From Octopus sinensis (Eukaryota): a stretch of DNA of 64,000 nucleotides. The notes under the pieces are model-generated. The model ran no database searches. It worked only from the letters and a program-made list of their open reading frames with translations, and was not told where the DNA came from. Positions 50,802 through 61,143 of this stretch are shown one piece after another. Position 1 is the first letter of the stretch, and the number at the start of each line of letters is the position of its first letter. Where the stretch lies: assembly GCF_006345805.1 (NCBI RefSeq), contig NC_043015.1, forward strand, positions 14,880,001-14,944,000, read 5' to 3'. The position numbers and the translations under genes are program-made.

Positions 50802-51189
50802 TGTTTTGGAGTCTATCATCAAAATTAATAATGAACAATAAAGAATCAAGTTATAGCACATAAGTGGATTAATTTCATCACAAAGTCATGACTTTGAAAG
50901 TATGCACATGAAAAATTTAATTTAAATAATATGCACTATTAGGAAAGTTACTGGGAAGAGTGTGTATGAGAATCCACCCCATAAAGCGCTTTATTTTCCA
51001 GATTTTTAATTTTTATTTCAGACTATACCCTCCACTCTTTAAGCCATAACTTAGTGAGATTAAGACTTGAATTAATGCTACAAATAGTGAAAAGTCTGGG
51101 ACTTCTGGCTTTACATCGCTCTCAACATTACATTGCTCTGCTTCTAAGTCAGTCCCAGGGCTGGTTACTGCTCTCAGTAGCTGCATATA

Positions 51190-51422
51190 TAAGTACATGC
51201 ATACCTGCACACACAGGCACATATGCACATATATACACACACTTTCATACATATATATACATACAAATATACATACATACACATACATAAATACAAACAC
51301 AGGCACACACAAACATACATACATGCATACTATACGTGCATACACACACACATACATAATACATACATACATACATACATACATACATACACACAGGCAT
51401 ACATGCATGCATGCATACATAC

Positions 51423-51453
<31 letters not shown>

Positions 51454-51560
51454 CATGCATACATACACACAGGCATACATGTATACATGCATGCATACAT
51501 ACATACATACATACATACATACATACATACATACATACATACATACAAGTGTGTGCATGT
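51190..51560. repeat. Long degenerate (CATA)n array
   Basis: Direct reading; explains several spurious ORFs. Confidence 0.95.
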
Positions 51561-52529
51561 ATATGTAATGATAGTGCAATGGGTGAAATCTTTGATAAAT
51601 GCAGAAAGGTTGAGGTAAAAATATATGAACCTCATCCCAGTCCATCAGTTCTTCCCTGTCCCTTCCTCTCTCTCACTCTATCTCCCCCCCTCCTCTCTCG
51701 CTCTTATTCTCTCTCTCTCTGTCTTTTCCTTTCGAATTCACTTTCTCATTCAACTTGTTTGTTGATTATGAGTTTTGCTTTGCCTTTTGATAAGACCAGA
51801 TACAAACATGTTCAGCTGCGATTACCATATATATAAATAAAAATAAACTCAGTCACACACACACACACACACCACATGCACACACTTATGTGTATATTTT
51901 ATATCTTTGTTTTTTTGTTTTTTTTCATTTATGTTTTATTTGTCTCAGTCATTGGACTTCAGCCTTGCTGAGGCACTGCCTTGAAAAGTTAAAGTCAAAC
52001 AGATTGACTCCGGGATATATTGTTCTTAGTCTCTCACTCATTCTATCAATCTCTTTTACTGAACAGCTAAGTTACCCAGACAAACAAGCCAACAACTGGT
52101 TGTTAAGCAGTGGTGGGGAACAAACACAGATACAAAGACACTGACACTCACACACACATTCACACACACACACACATGCGCACAGACACATGCATGTAGG
52201 TGTGCACACATACAAGCATATGCTCAAGCACACACACACATGCACAAGCACACACACACACACACACATGCACACTCAGACAACAGACTTCTACACAGTT
52301 TCTGCCTGCCAAATTTCCTCACATGCCATTGGTTGGCATGGGGCTATAGTAGAAGAACTTACCCAAGATGCTGCCCAGTCAAATGGAACTTGACCGATCA
52401 ACAGACAGACAGACAGACGGACAAGTAGACAAACAGGTAAATAGATTCAAAGATAGACAGACAGACGGACAAGCAGATATACTCACACATATACACGGTC
52501 ATCCACACAGATACACACAAATCACACAC

Positions 52530-53060
52530 GCAAACACATCCCAACCACATGGTTCCAGGTTCAGTCCCATTGTGTGGTGGCATCTTGGGCAAGTGTCTTC
52601 TACTATAGCCTCGAGCTGACCAAAGCCTTGTGAGTGAATTTGGCAGATGGAAACTAAAAGAAGCCCATCATGTATATATATAAATATATGTGTGTGTGTG
52701 TGTGTTTTATTGCCTGTGTTTTTCTCTACACCATCACTTGACAACTGATGTTGGTGTGTTTACATCCCTGTAACTTAGTGGTTTGGCAAAATAGGAACTG
52801 ATAGAATAACTACACATGTGGGTGCTGAAAAGTTCCTGGCTTTAAGGGTATCATGAAAGGCTTGATGGGGGTGGGGGGCAACCTTCCGAGTTCTTTTACA
52901 GGGCTTAGAAAACTGAAGGGCTGATGCAATAAGTGCGTGAATCTGAGAGGGTATTATGTTGGATAAATTTATAATTAACTGATCCTTCAACTAAAACCCT
53001 TTAAGGCGGTGCCCCAGCATGGTTGCAGCGAAATGACTGGAACAAGTAAAAGAATAAAGG
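52530..53060 (+). mobile_element. SINE family A interrupted by a MITE fragment
   Basis: Head and body to ~52810, MITE 52818-52988, SINE tail after. Confidence 0.75.
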
Positions 53061-53609
53061 AATAAAATAATGTCACACACACGCATTACTTTTTGCAACT
53101 CATGTTTTGAGATCAACCCTAAATTCACTTAATTCTTTTCTAGCTGACAGTAAAAAAAAAAAAAAAAAGACAAGTTGTGGTGCACCTGAGCACTGTACAA
53201 TAATTTCATTATTATTATTATTATTATGTCTATCTCTTTAAACACACTCACTACTTCTTCTTATTTTACATTTTATTACCTTTATTTTTGATTTTTACAT
53301 TAAATTTCAGAATATTTTTGTCACATTGTCATATGACTATTGAATCCAGCTGTCTTTTTGAAAGAGGTCTTTCTTCCTTACATGGTGCTAACCATTGCTG
53401 AATTTAATACTCATATAACAAGGATACAGAGTTAATGTAAAAATTCAACAACAATAATTAAAAAAAAAGGCATACTAAGCTAGTAAACAGAACCACCTGC
53501 ACAAATGATATATTCATAGTGATTGAACGTTTGGGTTGCATGTTAGTCCTCATCATACAGAGTACAAAAGAAATACAATGATGTTGAGATGATGAGGAAT
53601 GGCTGGGAG

Positions 53610-53988
53610 GTTAGTAGCTTGCTTACCAACCACATGGTTCTGGGTTCAAGCCCACTGCATGGCACCTTGGGCAAGTGTCTTCTACTGTAGCCTCAGGCTG
53701 ACAAAAGCCTTGTGAGTGGATTTAGTAGACGGAAACTGAAAGAAGCCCATCATATATATATATACATGTCTGTGTGTGTATGTGTTTGTGTGTGTGTGTG
53801 TGTGTTTGCCCCTTCCCCCCAACATCGCTTGACAACCAATGCTGGGGTGTAACTTAGTGGTTTGGCCAATGAGACCGATAGAATAAGTACTAGGCTTACA
53901 AAGAATAAGTCCTGGGTTGATTTGCTCGTCTAAAGGCAGTGCTCTGGCAAGGCTGCTGTCAAATGACTGAAACAAGTAAAAGAATAAA
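53610..53988 (+). mobile_element. SINE family A
   Basis: Same consensus. Confidence 0.85.
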
Positions 53989-54428
53989 TGAATACACACA
54001 CACACACAAGTGGGTGCTGAAAAGTTCCTGGCTTTAAGGGTATCATGAAAGGCTTGGTTGTGGCAGTGGGGAGGGGCAACCTTCTGAGTTCTTTTACAGG
54101 GCTTAGAAAACTGAAGGGCTGATGCAATAAGTGCGTGAATCTGAGAAGGTATTATGTTGGATAAATTTATAATTAACTGATCCTTCTATATTTATCTTTT
54201 ACTTGTTTCAGTCTTTTGAATATGGCCATGCTGGGGCATTGCCTTCAAGAGTTGTAGTCAAACAAATCAACCCCAGGACTTATTTTTTTTAAAGCCTAGT
54301 ATTTGTTCTATCAGTCTCTTTTCCCAAACCACTAAGTTACTAGAACCTAAACACACCAATACCAGTTGTGAAGCAGGATACTAACACACACACACACACA
54401 TACATACATACACACACACAGATATGTG

Positions 54429-54461
<33 letters not shown>

Positions 54462-54692
54462 GATCTGGCAGAGTTTCTACAGCTGGATGCCCTTCCTAAC
54501 GCCAAACACTCCAAGAGTGTAGTGGGTGCTTTTACGTGCCACCAGCACGAGGGCCAGACTGGCGGTACTGGCAACGGCCACGCTCGAAATGGTGTTTTTT
54601 GTGTGCCACCTGCACAGGAGTCAGTCCAGCAGGACTGGCAATGACCTCGCTCGATATATATATATATATATATAATATATATATATATAGAT

Positions 54693-54754
<62 letters not shown>

Positions 54755-55439
54755 AATATATATATATACATATATAAATAATAAATATATATGTGATGTG
54801 TGTGTGTGTGTGTATATATATGTGTGTGTGTATATATATATATATATACACACACACAAATATATATATCATCATCATTTAATGTTTTAATGTTCATGTT
54901 TTCCATGCCAGCATGGGTTGGGTGCTTTGACAGGGATCCAATGAGTCAAAGACTGCATCATAGTTTAGTGTCTTCTTTGGCATGGTTTCTATGGCTGGAT
55001 ACCCTCTGTAACACTAACCACTTCACACTGGGTGTTGGGTACTTTTTTTTCATGTCACTGGGGTTAACATGTAGGTTGCAAAGCAGCAAACCCAGGGAGG
55101 GTTAGATAGGGGTGTGCGGAAAGGTTGGAGTTGAGCAGGTTCTTGCTGTAAAGGAACTACAAGGCTACTCATGGTTAAGAGAGAGAGAGAGGGAGAGAGA
55201 GAGCATGATAATGAATTAGGGGTATCTCCAAGGAGATAGACAGTGGTGATGAGATATCCAGATGGCACCACAGGTAGCAGGAGCAATTGTGGGTGGGGGA
55301 ATGAGACTTTGGAAGGGGTAGTGGGCAGAGACATGGGAAGTGGGAGAGATAGGTAGGCAATATTCATAAGGATTGACGAGGAGGAGGAGTGCACAAATTC
55401 AGAAAGCAAAAGGGATACGACAATTATGGTGAAAATGAT

Positions 55440-55704
55440 ACCATTGACAGAGGTAGAATGGAAGGAGGGAGGGAGGGAGGGAGAGAGAGAGAGAGTAAAA
55501 GAGAGAGAAAGAAAGAGCGAAAGAGAAGAGAGAGAGAGAGAGGCAGACAGAAAAAAGAGAGGGAAAGGAGAGAGAAAGAGAGGGACGGAGAGAGCAGAAG
55601 AGAGAGACAGAAAGAATGAGGCGAGAAAAAGAGAGAGAGAGGGGAGAGAGAGAAAAAGATAGAGAAAGAATGAAAAGAGAGAGTGAAAGAAAAGAGAGAA
55701 AGGG

Positions 55705-55795
<91 letters not shown>

Positions 55796-55855
55796 GAGTG
55801 AGAGAGAGAGAGAGAGGGAGAGAGAGAGACAATGATGATGATGATGATGATGAGT
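55440..55855. repeat. Purine-rich (GA)n/(GATA)n/(GAT)n tract
   Basis: Direct reading. Confidence 0.95.
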
Positions 55856-56130
55856 TTGGATAGGCTGCAAGAGCAAAGTAGAGAGATAAAACAGTGGTAA
55901 TGCATGGCATGAAGGGAGATAATTTGGTGATCTGAAGCGAGGATGACCACTGGAACATGCAGGAATGGATAAGAGTATTAATGGGTAAGAAATGGTAAGC
56001 AAATGTGATGGTTCTGGGTAGAAGAAAGTAAAGTGGTATAGGGATGGTGGGGTTGAGGGAGAAGCTACAATGGAGGATGTGGTGTGGAGAAGGACAACAT
56101 GAAGCAGAGAATTGATTGATTAGGGGGCTC

Positions 56131-56164
<34 letters not shown>

Positions 56165-56224
56165 CATATATTTGTGTGTGTTGTATACATATATATATAT
56201 ATATATTTGTGTGTGTGTATACAT

Positions 56225-56284
<60 letters not shown>

Positions 56285-56287
<3 letters not shown>

Positions 56288-56514
56288 TTTTATTCTTTTA
56301 CTTGTTTCAGTCATGTGATTGTGGCCATACTGCAGCACCACCATTTTAGTTGAAGAAATCAACCCAGCAGGACTTACTCTTTGTAAGCCTGGTACTTATT
56401 CTACTTGTGACTTTTGCCAAACCGCTATGTTACGAAGTACGTAAACACACCAACATCAGTGGTCAAGCGATGGTGGGAGGGACAAACAGAGACACAAAGA
56501 CACACAAATAAATA

Positions 56515-56567
<53 letters not shown>

Positions 56568-57160
56568 GGGCTTCTTTTCAGTTTCTGTCAATCAAACCCA
56601 CTCACAAGGCTTTGGTCAGCCTGAGGCCGTAATAGAAGCCATTTGCCCAAGGTGCCACACAGTGGGACTGAACCTGGAACTATGTGGTTGGTAAGCAAGC
56701 TTCTTACCACACAACCACGCCTGCACCTATATTTACACATCACACATATACATGTATATACACTTAAAATATATATTAGGTGTGAAAATATATACAGGCA
56801 CAGGTGTAACTGAGTGATAAGAGGTTTGCTTCCCAAATACATCGTTTAAGGTTCAGTCCCACTGTGTGGCACCTTGTCAAGTGTTTTCTGCTATTGCCTT
56901 GGACTGACCAAAGTCTTATTAATGGATTTGAATAGAGGAAAACTGACTGAAAGAACCCAGTCATGTAAACATATGTGTATGTATATATATATATATGCCC
57001 ACACACACATATACGCATATATATATATTATTGTGTGTACCTTTGTGTCTGTATTTGTCCACCACTACTGCTTGACAACCACTATTGGTATGTTTATGTT
57101 CTTGTATCTTAGCAGTTTGGCAAACTGACCAATAGCAAAAGTAGCAGGCTCAAGAAAAAA
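56285..57160. mobile_element. Two head-to-head SINE family A copies (56285-56726 -, 56790-57160 +)
   Basis: Opposed tRNA-like heads about 65 bp apart. Confidence 0.8.
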
Positions 57161-57179
57161 AGGGGGCAGAGGCTTAACA

Positions 57180-58205
57180 CCAATCCCAAATGCCTTGGAA
57201 TGTTGCATCATATCCTTTCAGCAACATCTTCTAATTACCAAGTGTCGAAGTGTATCTCTTGATGAAGTTTGTATACATGAGGCTGATAACATCATAAGAC
57301 TTTGGAGGCAGCTCTTTGAGCAACATTCTTTGTCTGATAACCTAGAATACATATCCAAAGAAGTCACATGACTCTACTGCAACATATCATCAGATGAAGG
57401 GTGAGCCTATATGAGCAGAAGACTACGCATGGATATATTAGTAGAAAGGTCCAATACAATAGTAACATTGATCATGAAAAAGCAGTTTATCATGGACAAA
57501 TAGCTGGATTACTATCTTCCATTTTGAAGGGTATACATTTGCAATCCAGGAACAGGAAATATCAACAAGTACCTGATGCACAAATGGGATAGAGATGCAT
57601 GAGAAGCAGTAAAATGTGACAACTGATACAGACTTTGTGGAGTTCACAGTAAAGATATCACCCACATCATAAGCAGTTGTCCAAAAATGTCATCACGGCA
57701 TTATCTACTGATGAGACATGATGTTGTAGCTAGGCCACTCTATAATGGAATCTGTTGGAAGGATAACACTGAAGACAAAGGAATAAGTACCTGCAATATG
57801 GTAGAAGACATAGCCACTCATAATAAAAAGGAGTACTGGTGGAATGTCCCAGTGAAGACCTCAATAAAATGTAAGCACAACAGATCTGATGTAAGGATTT
57901 GGGATAGAGAGGAGAAACTGTGCACAGTTGTGGAAATTAGCCGCCCAGTGGATGTTAAGATAAAGCTGAAGATCAATGAAAAAGAGAACACCTACACTGA
58001 CAATTGAGAAATCTGCAGTTACTCTGTCCAGATTACAAACTTAGGTTTATACCTTTTATAACTGGAGCCCTGGGATATGTAACACACTGCCTAAATACCA
58101 ATCTTCTTAAAACTAGAAAGGAGGAAGCTAATTTGAAGACTACAGATCCAATCCATTACTGGAAATGTAAAAATCTGTAAAACTTACCAGAAGTTTATCA
58201 TTTAA
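57180..58205 (+). mobile_element. R4/Dong/NeSL-type non-LTR retrotransposon 3' end (CCHC knuckle + REL endonuclease), decayed
   Basis: (Y)RLCGVHSKDITHIISSC, RHDVVARPLY, HNRSDVRIWD, VEISRPVD, KINEK, then LYPDY...GALG in shifted frames. Confidence 0.8.
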
Positions 58206-58274
<69 letters not shown>

Positions 58275-58275
58275 C

Positions 58276-58693
58276 ACAAAATAAGAAAATGGAGAAATAC
58301 ATCCAAATCAAATATCAACTACCAGATAATACTCAATCACATACTTTATTAAACCACCACATAAGAAACTTTAAGGTCAAACATAATAATATATGACAAA
58401 CATGTACATAAAGGAATGTACATAAGGAATAATATGATACAATAAGTACAAGCTGTAAGATGTAGTTTATATTTATATTTATATTTATTTATATTATATA
58501 TTCTCTTATACATATTGTACTTATTGTATCATATTATTCCTTTATGTACATTCCTTTATGTACACTGTTTTGTCATATATTATTATGTTTGACCTTAAAG
58601 TTTCTTATGTGGTGGTTTAATAAAGTATGTGATTGAGTATTATCTGGTAGTTGATATTTGATTTGGATGTATTTCTCCATTTTCTTATTTTGT
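58276..58693. repeat. Long inverted repeat (~176-bp arms, ~63-nt spacer)
   Basis: 58276-58451 pairs with 58515-58693 almost perfectly (a few small indels). Confidence 0.95.
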
Positions 58694-58864
58694 ATTATGA
58701 ATTTGTGGTAAAACACTTTACCTTTGCCCATATAATACAGTAAATGAATTAATTGCATCGCAATTTTTAACATTTATGTATTAACTTTGTTGGGTACTTC
58801 ACTGGCAGTATATTGGATATATGTTATCCCATGGAAGGTTCCATTTACAACCCCTATCTCAATT

Positions 58865-58903
<39 letters not shown>

Positions 58904-59160
58904 CATGTCTAGATATGCAACTATATGCATGAAAATACACACATAAAGCAAAACATACAAATTTGCACATATACATTGATACATACAAACAAAAATACCC
59001 TGTTGTTCATGTTGAAGTTCCAATGAAGGAGCCTTGAATCTAGGTTAGAAACTGGCTCTTTCTCTATTGGCAAGAAATCTTGAAATAAAACTGAACAATG
59101 ACACACATACATATAAGCTGATTTAGCCTCTTTCATCTTCCCTTGGTGTACCTCTTCTAA

Positions 59161-59434
59161 TTTACTAAAGACACTCTAAGGATTTTGTAATATTATTAAT
59201 TTGGATAGCACAGGTTTACATGTACTGACTTACTTGAAGACACTGTTTACTGCAAGGGCTTAAACTACTATGACTACTATGGACTTCATTAAGAAGTCAA
59301 GGGACCCTGCTCAGCACAGACCATAGTAGTTAAAGCCCATGCAGTAAAACAGTGTCTTCAAGTAAGTCAGTACATGTAAACCTGTGCCATCCAAATTAAC
59401 AATATCACAAAATCCTTAGAGTGTCTTTCGTAAA
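59161..59434. repeat. Inverted repeat/MITE (~112-bp arms, ~49-nt spacer)
   Basis: 59161-59272 pairs with 59322-59434. Confidence 0.9.
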
Positions 59435-60111
59435 TCAGTAAATATATATATATTTAGTAAATATATGTATTTGAATTTTTCTTGTTATATATCAAATTTA
59501 AACACAGTCATTTTTATTCTGATGTTTAATCTTATATCTCACATTCTGTATTTGACATATACTTGATTTTACATGATTGATAAATATACTAATTCGTATT
59601 TATAATGTATAATTAAAAAATTTTAATTCTTAATATTACAAAGTATAATTTTTATTTTTATTCTTAATTTTTTATTCTTAATTTCTAATTCGTAATTGTT
59701 AATCTTTAATGCTTAATTGTATTGCTTATTTTTAAAGGGATGTAAAATCAGATATATATTTTGAAATAGAACCTGAAGAGATGTTGGAATAATTGTAAAT
59801 CTGATGATTGCACATATGTATTTATATATGTATATATATAAGTATACGGTTGTGTATATGTATATATATTGTAATCATCCAATACTGAAACACATGTAGT
59901 TCCTTCATATTTAATAAATATAAGTATTAGCTAAAGTATGATATAATTAATGAAGTACATTATATAGCTGATAAGTTAGGTTATATCCTTTAAGTGTTAT
60001 TTCATGATGTGTAAACTGATACCATGAGTTTACTGTCAGATATACACATTAGGTTATTTTTGTATTATCTGAAATAGACTATCCGCATATCGATTAACCC
60101 CAAATAATTGA

Positions 60112-60151
<40 letters not shown>

Positions 60152-60169
60152 ATGCATGTATATATATAT

Positions 60170-60400
60170 ATTTCTTTACTACCCACAAGGGGCTAAACAC
60201 AGAGGGGACAAACAAGGACAGACAAAGCGATTAAGTCGATTCCATCGACCCCAGTGCGCAACTGGTACTTAATTTGTCGACCCCGAAAGGATGAAAGGCA
60301 AAGTCAACCTCGGCGGAATTTGAACTCAGAACGTAACGGCAGACGAAATACGGCTACGCATTTCACCCGGCGTGCTACCGTTTCTGCCAGCTCGCCGCCT
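60170..60400 (-). mobile_element. tRNA-derived SINE family B (other copies at 5150-5337 -, 33080-33260 +, 34130-34257 -, 41152-41356 -)
   Basis: rc AGGCGGCGAGCTGGCAGAA...GAGTTCAAATTCC...GACTTTGCCTTTCATCCTTTCGGGGTCGA. Confidence 0.85.
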
Positions 60401-60406
60401 TAATGC

Positions 60407-60448
<42 letters not shown>

Positions 60449-60579
60449 TATATATACACACAGACCACATACACACACACACAAATACAAACACATACTC
60501 ACATACATATATGCACACCTCCTCCATATGTATGCTTATATATTCAATATATTCCCATGTAGATCTTCCAGAAGTCAGT

Positions 60580-60905
60580 TTAATCATGATAGGCAAGTTT
60601 TTATAAGAACCTCATATCACCTGATATCCTGTTCCTCTAACATTTCCTCTGTAAAGCTCAGGGTCAAAAGGTCAGCCTCCACCACTTCATCCCATATCTT
60701 CTTTGTTCTTCCCTAGTCAACTGGCTCTTGCCACTTTTAGGAACTGGTACTTCTATATACAACTGTCCTCGTCCGTAGGCATCATATGCCTCTACCAGCA
60801 CAGTCTTCTTCCTTGCACCCTACTCCTGATTCCTCTTATGTCCAGTCTTTCTCTCAGCACATTTATGATATGATACTCATGCACACTATACTTGTATATC
60901 CAGTA
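60580..60905 (-). mobile_element. Older RTE 3' fragment
   Basis: INVLRERLDIRGIRSRVQGRRLCW on the minus strand. Confidence 0.7.
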
Positions 60906-60969
60906 AAGTATATATATATACATCATACATATATATATTATATATATAATATATATATATATATGACAT

Positions 60970-61013
<44 letters not shown>

Positions 61014-61143
61014 AATATATATATATACACCCACACACAATATGTACAATATAGTGGTTGCCCCCTCATTATCGAGTATGGCATTGCATGGAAGCTTAAT
61101 CAATGTGTTATCTGCAATGCCTGTTGCAAGGAAGATTTTTTTT

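Noticed and set aside
55050-56132. 360-aa and overlapping long ORFs (also 51013-51645, 54347-54906, 22426-22770 etc.)
   Set aside because: Stop-free only because they run through (GA)n, (GATA)n, (CATA)n or (TA)n microsatellites; the translations are low-complexity.
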